From the NCBI RefSeq assembly GCF_009914755.1, contig NC_060935.1: 64,000 nucleotides of DNA; one strand, written 5' to 3'. The translations under genes and the position numbers were made by a program. The DNA comes from the human T2T-CHM13v2.0 reference genome, Homo sapiens. Under the pieces are notes generated by a model. The model was not told the DNA's origin and did not search any database. It saw only the letters and a list, made by a program, of their open reading frames with translations. Positions 15,183 through 28,427 of this stretch are shown here, piece after piece. Position 1 is the first letter of the stretch, and the number at the start of each line of letters is the position of its first letter.

Positions 15183-15501
15183 TTTGTGTGTGTGGTGTGT
15201 GGTGTTTGATGTGTGTGTGTGTGGTACGTGGTGTACGTGTGGGGTGTGTGTGTGTGTGTGTGTGGTATGTGACATGTGGTCTGTGTGTGGTGCGTATGTG
15301 GTGCATGTGTGGTGTATGTGGTGCGTGTGATATGTGTAGTGTGTGCGTGTGATATGTGTAGTGTGTGCATGTGGTGTGTGTAGTGTGTGTGGCATGTGTG
15401 TGCAGTATATGGTGTGTATGTGTAAATATATGTGTGATGTGTGTGGTATGTATGCATTTTGTGTGTGTGGTGTGTGTATTTGTAATCTGTATATGTTGTG
15501 T

Positions 15502-15551
<50 letters not shown>
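15183..15551. repeat. About 370-bp degenerate (TG)-rich repeat ending in a perfect (GT)23
   Basis: Perfect GT run at 15503-15548; internal 22-bp units at 15321, 15343 and 15365. Confidence 0.95.
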
Positions 15552-15553
<2 letters not shown>

Positions 15554-17831
15554 AATTCATGGAGAATAGAAAGCTAGAAAATGTATTCTCGCAAAACTAT
15601 ATTCTATTTCCGAAGTGATGAAGAGTTGAGTGAATGGAAAGACTCTCTTAATGAGACTACAAGCTTATGGTTTTTAGCCTGTAGCCAAATATAGCTGATA
15701 ACGATGAATCTCCTCTCCACCCCTACTCCTGCCTTCTCTACTTCACAGATTCTCTTGTGAGACATAGACTGCAGACAGCAGTGGTTTATGTTCCTGTAAA
15801 TCCCTGTCTTACTCTTTCTCTTCACTCAGAAAGTGTGTGAGAATGGCCTTCCAGCATGGCTAGTATTTCTTTTCTCTCTGCAAGAACTCTGCCACTTACT
15901 AAATCATTAGTCATTCTGGATATTGAAATACTGAAATTTCTAATTCCATATTTTTATATGTTATAAACTATAATCCCAGACATTTGCTCCCTTTGTATGC
16001 CCCTTATTAATAAATAGATTTAATTAAACCCACTGTCGAGCTTTCTGACAAGAACACCAAAGGATTTTCTCCAATATTCCCATTCACTTTCCAATTAAAC
16101 TACACTTTCACTCTTTCATACTCCTTTTGGGCTCTTCGTTCCTTTCCATCCCTCAGCTATTACTACAATAACTTACAATATCTTTTCATCCTCTCCTGTA
16201 ACTTGAATTTGCCATATTGCAACCTCAATGAGTGGAGCTGAAGTCTCTGAATTCTCTTGGCTTAGGAAACAAATCCTCTTCTGGAAGCATATGATAATGC
16301 ATAAGGCAATACTAATGCTTCTAAAAAGTTGGCCTTTTGAAGGACTGCAGCCAATGGTTGGTACTTAAAATTAACAGTATCAGTGCAATAAAGAAAGTGT
16401 TCTTCTTGAAGGCCCAACATATGGATACAAAACCCACTTCTTTGAGTTAAAAACAGATAGCAGGATGTAAGAAGCATTGCAAAAACTATAACATGTCACA
16501 TAAAAGTTAACTTATCTTTGCTTTCCGAGTCAGAAACTGTATATAGGGAATCAACCCACTTGCCTCCCACAATTTCTTCCCAGCTGCCACTACTGAAGCT
16601 ATTCTTGTCCTCTCTGCATTGTACCCCCTGCTACTTCCTGTGTTACTCACCCAGGTAAGCAGGAGACCTGGAGCTCTTCCCAGGCTGGTTGTCAAGGAAC
16701 CTTGCTTGACATACAAGTGTGTATGTTGGCATGTCTGTAGATGTCTGAAGGTCATGGAACAAAATAGAACTCCCAGTTTTGAATGAAAGAAGGCCCAGCA
16801 CATAAGGCTCAGTTTGAAGTATAAATGTGTCCAAGACAAACAATTGGATTCAAAGTGCAGGGCTGACCCTACAGAATAGCCCTGATGACACAAACAGGTT
16901 CAGCAGGCAGACAATGAAATGATTCCCAGATGCAGTTGGATACAGGATTATAAATACACTCAAATTGAAGGCAGGAGGGATGCTAAGTTTGTTCAGTCAG
17001 GAAGGAGAAACCCACACCATTTTAAGTCCAGTTATACAAGAACTGCTGATCTAACCAGATGTGTCCCAGACACTGCACATCTTAAAGGATACTTGTCACA
17101 GGCGTGGAATACCAGATCTTTTGGATGGCTGGGAAGAAAATTAAAAAAAAAAACTGCCTTCCTATCCCTAAGAGAGAAACAAAATGATCTTTTCCCATCA
17201 TTTGGAATAATGTGAAAACTGACTTAAAAGGTTTTTCTTTTAAACATTGCCACTCGTGTGATATAAATACATATGGTGTTTCATGGCACAGTGAAAATGA
17301 GGAATGGTGTTGGAGAGGATGCTCGTTTTCTGAAATGCATTCTGCACAAAGCTTTCAATCATGTGGCAAAGGAGAATTGCTGGTGGCTTCCTAAGCAGGA
17401 CTCGTGGTGGGGCTCTTTGTGCCACTGATCTCCTTGTGCCATCTCTTCTCCTGTGGTTGAGTGAAACCCAGAGAAACTGACAGGGGCAGGAGCAGCTAAT
17501 AGGGTTGAGTTAATGGGTTATCCTCCTCTAGCCCAGGTGTATGACATGTAAGTGTACCAAGATCAAAGATATTTTTAGATGCTTTATTTCCTCAGTCCAG
17601 GCAAGGCTTAGGGCAGCCAGATGCTGGGGACAACCCCATCTAGTTTTCTCAACGTGCCTGACAAATATTGCCATCTTTTGTGTGTGCTATGGCATGAAGA
17701 AAGGTGTGTCACATAGAGCTAATCACCAAGAGGGATTCAGGAATGCCTCCTAGTGATTCATTCAGAAGAATGAATCATTCATTCATTCTGCATTCATTCA
17801 GAAAGAATAAATTTCAGCATCTATTAGCAGG

Positions 17832-18070
17832 CAGCATGACAGGGTAGAAAGAATGTAGAATCTATAACAATGTTAATCTGGGTTTACAGCCAGATTCTAC
17901 TAGCTAAGGGAAGTTTAATTTACCTATCACCCCTCCCCCCGAGTTCTGTTTTCTCATCTGTAAAATGGAGACAGGAACTTCCTTTCTGGGAAGCTTAGGA
18001 TAGGGTGAAAAGTTAATTGCTTTGCTCCTGGTGCATAATAATGGCTCCCTGACGCCTAGCTCATTGACCT
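17832..18070 (+). mobile_element. MIR SINE
   Basis: GCAGCATGACAGGGTAGAAAGAATG...CTGTTTTCTCATCTGTAAAATGGAGAC. Confidence 0.7.
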
Positions 18071-18489
18071 TGGCCAATGTGAATACTATTTCCTCACTTA
18101 AAAGCTGAAAGACATGTGATAAAAGGACTCTGAACTCAAAGTTTCTCACATTAAGATAAATAGTTTTAATCATGCCTGTGCCTTTCCTTAGTGTCAAACA
18201 TTGCTTACTTCTATTTAAATAGTATTCAGTTTCTAGATCACAAGTAAATCAGCTCCTTCCTTCCTATACATGCCTCACTTCCATCCTCAGCCTCCAGTGA
18301 ATTCTTCCTTCCCCTGTAACCCACTTGCTTAAGTACATTTTGTTTCTGTTTCCATGTTGCTCTGTATTAGAGTCACATGCCTGTCTTTATTAGGGGATTC
18401 AACCAGGTTTATTAAGTGGCCGTTTCTGATTAATCTTTGTACTACTGCTCCTCTTCCACCTTATTGTATGCATAATGATAATCATCTGT

Positions 18490-18727
18490 ACTTAATATTA
18501 AAACTTATAACTTTCCAGAAAATGTTCTAAGTGATTTACTTAAAAGATATTATTTAATTCTCACAATGACTCAAAAAGATGAGTACTATTATGGATCATC
18601 CCAATATTACAAATGGGGAAATTGAGGCTGTTGGATTGCCCAGGCCATATAGCTAAGGAGTTGTGAAGTCAGCATTTGAGTGTAGGCAGTCTGCGTCCAG
18701 AAGTCAACCTCTTAACCATTATGCTGA
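18490..18727 (-). mobile_element. MIR SINE
   Basis: TTTAATTCTCACAATGAC...TTACAAATGGGGAAATTGAGGC...TTGCCCAGGCCATATAGCTA...CTCTTAACCATTATGCTG. Confidence 0.75.
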
Positions 18728-19547
18728 CGATACGACGTGTTGATTCAGAACACAGGCCACCTCTTCCCCTCTCTGTTAGACTGCAGCTGAGACTGAATAG
18801 ACAAAATGACAGCACAGAAACACAGTGCGCTGCAGAGAATGTGTCTTTCAGAACTTAGTTCATCTGCAGAGGTATTTAAACGGAACCGCCATGTTCCCTC
18901 CCACACACACAGCTAGAGGATTTGAGTCGTCCTTTAGCAGTAGCAGCATGAGGCTCTGGGTAAACTGCCTCATGCAGCACTAATTTAGATGGCAGTTTTC
19001 AACCTGAATGTACATTGCACCACAAATCAAGGTACTGTCTGTGCTGGAAGACAAATGATGTCAAACATCTGTCGAAAAACACGTCTACAGGTTATAACAA
19101 GCCAAGCTTACAAACAAGCACAGGCACAGACACCCCAATTATCTTAGTTGTGGGAGCCTTATGGGTCTCAACTGAGTCCTTTCTGATAGCAAGGAAGTCC
19201 TTCAAGACACCAGCCAAGACATCATCCAGGCAAGGCGAGTGGGAGGCTTAGAGAAGGAAGGGCCAAACAGGAAGGGTCAGAAAGTGACCTTTATTGAGTT
19301 CCGGGGAACATATACTGTGCCAGGTAATTTATATGTGTCATTCTCTCTCTATCTCTCTCACATATATATGTTATCCATATATGTTATTCTGTGTGTTATC
19401 CATATAGGAGTTAACCAACTTGCCAAAATTAAGGTGGGCAGAACCAGAAAAAGATTCAGACTCAAGTTCTCCCTGATTCTATAACTTGTTCTCACCCTAC
19501 TTTACTCCAATTTCAAACCAATTTCAAGCCAGAAAGGCTTGCTATGT

Positions 19548-20870
<1,323 letters not shown>

Positions 20871-21078
20871 ACAGATCTGAACACAGACAAATTCAGTTAC
20901 ATGCCCTTTTCATCTGTCTCTAGCCTTCTTTTTCTTCTCAATACGTCTTATATCAGGACTACTGACTTTTATACATCTCTAATTATATTAGGTTCCTTTG
21001 AGGGCTGTGAAAGAAATGTGACACTTGTTTTTTTTTTTTGTTTAAGAAAGAACCTTTCTTAAAAATCAAGTGAAGTAG

Positions 21079-21793
21079 CTCCTTGCTGCATCTACTGCGA
21101 GAATAAAGACATTCTCAGCAGACTGTCGACATTCCAGAAAATGTCAACATCACTCTGAAGGGACAAACAAATATTGTGAAGCGCCCCAGAGAGACCCTGC
21201 AGAGGAACTTCAACCACATCAGTGTAGATCTCAGTCTCCTTGGAAAGACAAAGAAGAGGCTCTGGGTTGGCAAACAGTGGGGAAATACAAAGGAACTGAC
21301 TATTGTTTGAACTCTTTGTAGTCATTAATAGAACATGAGCAAGGGGGTTGCACTGGGCTTCCACTGCAACATGAGGTCCATGTGTGCTCACTTCTCCATC
21401 AATGTCATTACCCATTACAAAGGGGATCTGGTTGAATTAGAAATTTATTGGGTGAAAAATACATCTGCAGAGGCCAGGTGCTGCTTGTTCAGTATCTCAA
21501 TCCCAGAAAGATGAGTTAATCCTTGAAGTAAATGACATTGGACTTGTTTCAAATTCAGCTACTTTGATTGAGAAAGCTGTAACAGTTAAAAACAAGAATA
21601 TCAGAAACTTTTTGGATACTATCTATGTCTCTGAAAAAGGAATAGTTCAGCAGTCTGATGAATAAGACCTAAGAGTTGTCCAGCTTCAGAAACAAGATGC
21701 CAGGTGATTTCTAAGACCTATTTGCAATATTTTAATGATGGAATTAAAAAAAAAACACTCTATTGATTTAAGATGTTTTCTTAAAAAAAAAAA
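21079..21793 (+). pseudogene. RPL9P: Processed pseudogene of ribosomal protein L9 (uL6)
   Basis: Intronless. 5'UTR TGCTGCATCTACTGCGAGA is followed by ATA (lost ATG, 21103). Translation gives [14 protein letters not shown]...[18 protein letters not shown]...GEKYI...[17 protein letters not shown]...[24 protein letters not shown], with TAA at 21663-21665. Has indels, an in-frame TGA (21308), a 3'UTR, a poly-A and a degenerate TSD. The specific RPL9P number was not determined. Confidence 0.95.
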
Positions 21794-22431
21794 CTCAAGC
21801 AAAGTGAAGATTATTTTTCAATCATACAAAAAGATATAGAAATACCAAACACACTAATTTCATCAAAGAGATTAGAATGACATTGTGTTAATTAGAGGAG
21901 ATATAAAAAGTGCTATGAAGAAAAAAGAGTGGGGTTTCTGTAAGAAAAGAGAAATACTGCTACAGAAGATGGATAACAGTTCACATTGAACACTGCCTCA
22001 AAATTCACTCAGCCTGAAAGATGTCCAGTAGTTTGACATGCTTTGCAGTGCTATTATGATATTACACTTCTGCTAAAAGAGTCGAACATTCTATCAATGG
22101 CTTTAAGTGGCACAAAAAGTAATGGTAACCAAATTTGATACCTCTCTAAAGGGAAGAAAAGTGGCTTTTCCAAGCCCTGAAGAAATGATAGATACACAAG
22201 GAAATCTGGGGGTATGATTTGGTTACGTGCTCAGACATATCTGAGGCATCAGAGTTAGGGACAAGCAAGGCCTTATTTGAGCAAGGGAGGAGGGAAGAAA
22301 GAGGGGTGGGAAAAGTGAGAGAGAGAGGTTGAGAATGATAATTTGTGTTATGGGTAATTTTTAAAAAATAGGAAAGAAGGAAGAAAAGAAGGAGATAGAA
22401 AACATATTCCAAGATGAAGAGTTTCTAGGAA

Positions 22432-23400
22432 TTGTTGTTTAACCTGGAGAAGGAAAAGCATGGGAATATATTTAAGAGATGGACTTCCATACAGAAGAAA
22501 GTTGAGACTTCTTTATAGCTTCAGAGGGTAGAAATCACAATTTGGCTAAGTCCGGACTAAAGGCAACTTTGTGCCTTAGGTATGTCATCTGTAAAATGGA
22601 AATAATAAAAGCATTTCCTTCAAAACAGTATGAGGATTAGCTAAAATAAATTTGATGAAATAAGTGAATGGATAAGGCTGGGAAAATTAGCCCTAGGCTG
22701 GATCCTAGCATGGAGAAAGCATAGAAGGCTGTCCTACTTGTTCCAGGGTCACGCTGGTACTGAAGGTGGTCAATCTGCTAGTTAAAACATGTAGCATAGC
22801 AAAAGTGGATACTTCCAACGGATTTGTCCATTCAGAACAGGATCCAAGTCAACAGCTAAGAAGTATATGGGAGGGTAGATATGGGAAACAACATTCAATC
22901 TGGAGAAGATTAAAGAACAAACTCAGAGAGGTGTCAGGATCTTATCTCAGTAAACTAGAGTTGAGATTGGGCTCTAGTCCCAGCTACAGAAACCAAACTG
23001 GAAACCTAGCCACTTTAGTCCAACAGAGAGTAGTAGTCAGGGCAAACTTACTTGCCATATTGGCTTCCAGAAACTTTTCAGATTTTATCTTCATATGATA
23101 CTTAGTCTCCTTGGGTTCTTGCAGCCCTGACTAAATTGACAACTGGATCCAGGTAACAGTAGATACATAGCAAAGGCTACATGTGATTAGGACTGAACTG
23201 GGAGGGAGACATTGGGGAGATCTGCCTCATTGCTGGGAATTTATTTATTTTTTAACAATAAGAATGAACAGAGAAAATTGCTGGGGAGGTACTGAGCACC
23301 CTTTACCTGGAAATTTGAAACAGATATTGAAAGGCCACCTACTGGCAAGGCAATTGTGAACATTCATCTATCGTGAAGGGATCTAGTAGACTTATAACAA
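22432..23400 (+). mobile_element. L3/CR1 LINE fragments (about 22432-22540 and 23270-23400)
   Basis: TTTAACCTGGAGAAGGAAAAG...GCTTCAGAGGGTAGAA and GAGGTACTGAGCACCC..ACCTGGA resemble the CR1 3' end; highly diverged. Confidence 0.5.
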
Positions 23401-23414
23401 CATTCCTCCTAACT

Positions 23415-24201
23415 GTATACAGTGGTTTGAATGACAGACACAAAAAATGTCAGTTCTTCTTCCCTGGAACATGTGGCTGTTGTGTTACCTTATCTAGTAA
23501 TTTTTTTTTTGTAGCTGTAAATAATTAAGCTAAAAGATCATGAGATGAGGAGATTATCCTGGATTTTCTGAGTTGGTCTTAAATTTTATCATGTGTATTC
23601 CTTTAAAAAGAAGGTAGAGAGCTGGGAACAGTGGCTCACACTTGTAATTCCAGGACTTTGGGAGGCTGAGGTGGGCAGATCACCTGAGGTCAGGAGTTCG
23701 AAACCAGCCTGGCCAACATGGGGAAACCACATCTCTAGTAAAAATACAAAAATTAGCAAGGTGTGGTGGTAGGCACCTATAATCCCAGCTACTCAGGAGG
23801 CTGAGGCAGGAGAAGCCCTTGAACCCGGGAGGCAGAAGTTGCAGTGAACCGAGATCATACCACTGCACTCCAGCCTGGGCGACAAAGTGAGACTCTGTCT
23901 CTAAATAAATAAATAAAAGGCAGAGGAATCTTACAGACAGAAGAAGAGAGAAAGAGAGAGAGAAGTGTAATGTAAAGATGAAGTACAGAGATGCAGCCAC
24001 AAGTCAGAAAATGCCAATAGTCATCAGAACCTGGAAGAAGCAAAAACTATATTCTCTTCTAGAGCCTCCAAAGGGAGTGCATCCCTGACTATCCCATGAT
24101 TTTGGATTTCTGGCCTCAAGAACAGTGAGGAAATACATTTCTGTTGTTTTAAGCTACCTAGTTTGTGGTTATTTGTCACAGCAACCACAGGAAACTAATA
24201 A
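23415..24201 (+). mobile_element. MLT1 (MaLR) solo LTR, MLT1B/C/D-like, containing an Alu
   Basis: GAGATGAGGAGATTATCCTGGATT; TTCTAGAGCCTCC; TTTCTGTTGTTTTAAGC...CACAGGAAACTAATA terminus. Confidence 0.85.
23620..23918 (+). mobile_element. AluS (Sx-like)
   Basis: Full dimer; (TAAA)n tail; approximate TSD AAGG(T/C)AGAG. Confidence 0.95.
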
Positions 24202-24649
24202 ACTCAGAGTCCAGAATTCCAAAGGACACTATAGGTATGGATTATCTAACTGAAGATGGAGTTACAGCAATCAAATCCCACTCACTCTTTCCTATTTTCT
24301 GCATTTCCTTATATATATTATCTTAATTAAAATTGTCCTTTAGTCTAATTGCCAGTAGATGTTACAAAAGGAAATAAATTTAACAGAATGGAAAACCCAA
24401 GGAGTTGGTAATTATGTAATCAGGGAGATTGCAGGAGGTAGTTAAACCACATTGCTGTCTCAATTTCCTCTCCAAATATATGGTGCCTATGGAAAGAAAG
24501 TTATCCTTAGGCAACTATTCATCAGACTCCTACAATTATTTAAGTAAGTCAGTCAAGGCTCTAAAACATTGCAGAATTATAAATTAAATATCCCAAAAAG
24601 AAAACTGGAAGGACAGGACAGGTTCAGGTACCTCAAACATGTATTAATG

Positions 24650-25100
24650 TATTCACTCTTGCAATAAATATTATTGAGCTCCCTATTATCTGAGAGACAA
24701 ATTTTGGTATAAAGAATATAACTATAAAAACATAGAAAGTTTCTTGCTTCATGAAACATTATACTATGCTGTGGGGGAAAGGTAAAATATGTGTAAATTT
24801 AGAAGTAAATAAGATAATATAAGACAGTATAAAGTGATACAGAAAATACAACAGGCTATGGGACAGAGAATGTCTGCTATAGGGTACAGTGGGTGGTTGG
24901 GTGGTGGGAGAAATATTTGAGTTGAGACCTAAACAATTAGAAAAATTTAGCCACATGTTGATCAAATGATAAAAGTTATAGGTAGTAAGAGTAGTAGATC
25001 CGTAATTGGAAAAACAACAGGAACCTCTAAATGGTTTTTACCAAGATGAGGCATGGTCACATGTGAATATTTAAATAATGACTCTAGCTACAGGGACATA
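24650..25100 (-). mobile_element. L2 fragment
   Basis: CAATAAATATTATTGAGCTCCC; TTTGAGTTGAGACCTAAA. Confidence 0.55.
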
Positions 25101-26399
25101 ATAAGGGGAAGGAGGAAGAATAATGACTAGAGAGCCAAATGAAGCATCATGGGGACTTGGACTCTGGAGGTGATGGGAGAAGAGAACTTCATTGCTCAAT
25201 TCTCCCCGCATCTATTTTCTCAGTTATTCCTCACCCATCCCTGGGAGGGTATAGACAACATTTAGATACAGACCCATCACCAATTCCACTATTACTTTAT
25301 GAAGAAGAAAAGACGCTGGGTAAATGGATTCAAGTGGCAATGGAATTAACTGCTGCCATTAAGTACCATTGTGCTGACTGTCTTGGAATTTTAAATTCTG
25401 TGTTTTATACTCTGCTAGACTGCACTGGTGGTCTTCTAAATATTGTGTATGTGCTTTCAAATAGACTTGAAATTGTTATTACAATTGTTTTTATTTGTTA
25501 GAGACCAGAAAATATTTGGATATGCGATGCCTGTGGTGTCATCTTTGGAGCCAGGTCCCAACAAATATTCACTAAACTTTTCAAAATCCACAAAAAAGTT
25601 ATCAGAAGCTACTGAGTTTTTACAGCTTGTATTCAAAGTTAACAGATAAGCAGTTGGTAAGAGAAATCTCTGTTGAAAAATGCAAAATAGTACAAGAATC
25701 AGAATGTCTGAACTTGGGCTTACCCCTACCTAACTGTATGGACTTTAAAATGGCATTAAAGCTTTCTAATTGTCCATTTCCTCATCTCTAAAAGGAAAAT
25801 AATGGGCTAACACCTCTAAAGTTATCTCTACCTCTAAAATTTTATGAAAATATTATTCATTTTTAACAAACTCAGAGCTTCTCTTTTCCCTTTTTAATGC
25901 ACATTCTGTATCTCACCTATTCATGCCGTTTTTCTATTTTCATTATAAGGGACTATTACTTTTTGAATGGCTTCACTGAAATGAACAAATAGAGTCAATT
26001 CAAATCACAAAGTTAGCTTCTTTAACATTTTCCTCTCTACAGTAAATCGAATGTATGGTTTCTATGTACTAGTCACATTTCCCTCTTCATACTTAGAAAC
26101 ACTTTTCTGTTTTGTGGCTTTTCAAGCATTTTAAAAACCACTGATTCAAAATGGGACTGTCTGGCTTGTCTTATATTTCCAAGAATATACAGTTATTCTA
26201 GAAGGCTTTGATTTCTGGAGAATATTTACAGTAAAGATATAAAGACTGATGTCTCTTATAAAGATTTATTTCAGATTACTTTCCACTTGGGAATAATAGT
26301 ATAATTCTCTTAGAAAAATATTCCATCCTTTAATATAATTTTGCTCTTTTTTTCCCTTGCTCTAAAGATAGTGAATTAATTGCTATGCATATTAAAGAA

Positions 26400-26780
26400 T
26401 AATGGTAGAATTCTGAAGTCAAAGTAAAAGCACATAATCTTATTTTATTACCTACCCCATTTGTGTATTTGGGCAGGTCTTTCACATTTTGAAGACTTGG
26501 TTTATTTGCCTGTCAACTGGAAAGAATGGAAAAAACAGTAATAACAGACTTTTTTTTTTTAGTTCTTATTACAATATAGGTATTGTGCCAAGCACATTAC
26601 ATATACCATTCCATTTACTCTTCATAATACTGCTATATAGATATCGTCTTTTAAAAGTTGAAGCATCTGAAATTTAGAGAAGATAAGCTCAAGGTCATAT
26701 AGCTAGTAAGGGACAGAGCAGAGATTCTGAAACTTTACATGGCTGTTAGACTGAGAAACCCATATTTTAATGTCTCTATA
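26400..26780. mobile_element. Two tail-to-tail MIRs (+ about 26400-26548; - about 26560-26780)
   Basis: TTGTGTATTTGGGCAGG...CTGTCAACTGG; TGTGCCAAGCAC...CTCAAGGTCATATAGCTAGTAAG. Confidence 0.6.
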
Positions 26781-26849
26781 CTATAAAAATACTGATTTCT
26801 ATCCTCCTGGAGTAGAAACACCATGCTAATGTATAAGAAATTGCTTTAT

Positions 26850-27163
<314 letters not shown>

Positions 27164-27508
27164 CTACTATGCTATATTCAGGTATGAAGGATGGAAATGA
27201 AAAAGATAATAAAAATGGTGATACTGTTGAGAATGTCAAGCTCAGAATTAACTTTAGAGGAAAAAATAGTAAATTTACAGAATTTAGGAAGCTCATCAAT
27301 TTATAGTAATACGTGCTGCCCCCATCTGGTGTGCTATATAGCTGCCCTATCTCTTTGCTCCTCTCCCCTTACCTTAATTAAAATATTCCCATCTTAATAC
27401 CTGCTTGCTAGTCTGTTCCAAGATGGACAAATAGGAACAGCTCTGGTCTGCAGCTCTCAGTGTGATTAATGCAGAAGACAGCTGATTTCTGCAACTGAGG
27501 TACCTGGT

Positions 27509-27841
27509 TCATCTCATTGTGACTGGTTGGACAGTGGGTGCAGCCCATAGAGGGCAAGCTGAAGCAGGGCAGGGTGTTGCCTCAACCGGGAAGCACACAG
27601 GGTCAGGGGATTTCCCTTTCCTAGCCAAGGGAAGCTGTGCCAGGCTGTACCAGGAAAAATGGGATACTCCCACCCAAATACTGCACTTTTCCCATGGTCT
27701 TAGCAACCAGCAGACCAGGAGATTCTCTCCCATGCCTGGGTCAGTGGGTCCCACATGCACGGAGCCTACCTCACTGCTAGCGCAGCAGTCTGACATCAAC
27801 CTGAGAGGTTGCAGCCTGGTGGGGGGAGGGGTATCCACCAT
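27509..27841 (-). CDS. L1 antisense ORF0 homolog, 110 aa, open
   Basis: MVDTPPPTRLQPLRLMSDCCASSEVGSVHVGPTDPG... aligns with primate ORF0 (MAGAPPPASLPPCSLISDCCAS...). ATG is in a GCAATGG context. Translation is not demonstrated. Confidence 0.55.
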   Translation of the reverse strand: MVDTPPPTRLQPLRLMSDCCASSEVGSVHVGPTDPGMGENLLVCWLLRPWEKCSIWVGVSHFSWYSLAQLPLARKGKSPDPVCFPVEATPCPASACPLWAAPTVQPVTMR

Positions 27842-28427
27842 TGCTGAGGCTTGAGTAGGTAAACAAAGCAGCCAGGAAGCTTGAACTGGGCAGAGCCAAC
27901 CACAGCACAGCAAGGCCTACTGCCTCTATAGACTCCACCTCTGTGGTAGGGCATAGCTGAACAAAAGGCAGCAGAAACTCCTGCAAAGTTAAAAGTCTCT
28001 GTTTGACAGCTCTGAAGAGAGCAGTGGCTCCATTTGAGCCCTGAGAACTGACAGACTGCCTCCTCAAGTGGGTCCCTGACCCCCATGTAGCCTAACTGGG
28101 AGACACCTCCCAGTAAGGGCCAACAGACACCTCATACAGGAAAGCGCCCCTCTGGGACAAAGCTTCCCTAGGACGGATCAGGCAGCAATATTTGCTGTTC
28201 TGCAATATTTGTTGTTTTGCAGCCTCCACTGGTGATACCCAGGCAAACGAGGTCTGGAGTGGACCTCCAGCAAACTCCAATAAACCTGCAGCTTAGGGAC
28301 CTGGCTGTTAGAAGCAAAACTAACAAACAGAAAGGAATAGCACCAACATGAAAAAAAGGACACCTACACCAAAACCCCATCTGTAGGTCACCAACCTCAA
28401 AGACCAAAGGTAGATAAAACCACAAAG

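Noticed and set aside
15113-15618. His/Thr- and Cys/Val-rich ORFs
   Set aside because: They are translations of the TG/CA repeat.
21092-21415. 107-aa minus-strand ORF
   Set aside because: It is the antisense shadow of the RPL9 pseudogene.
25502-25615. WICDACGVIF...H zinc-finger-like peptide
   Set aside because: The Cys-to-His spacing is 18 rather than 12, there is no second His, and there are no neighbouring fingers.
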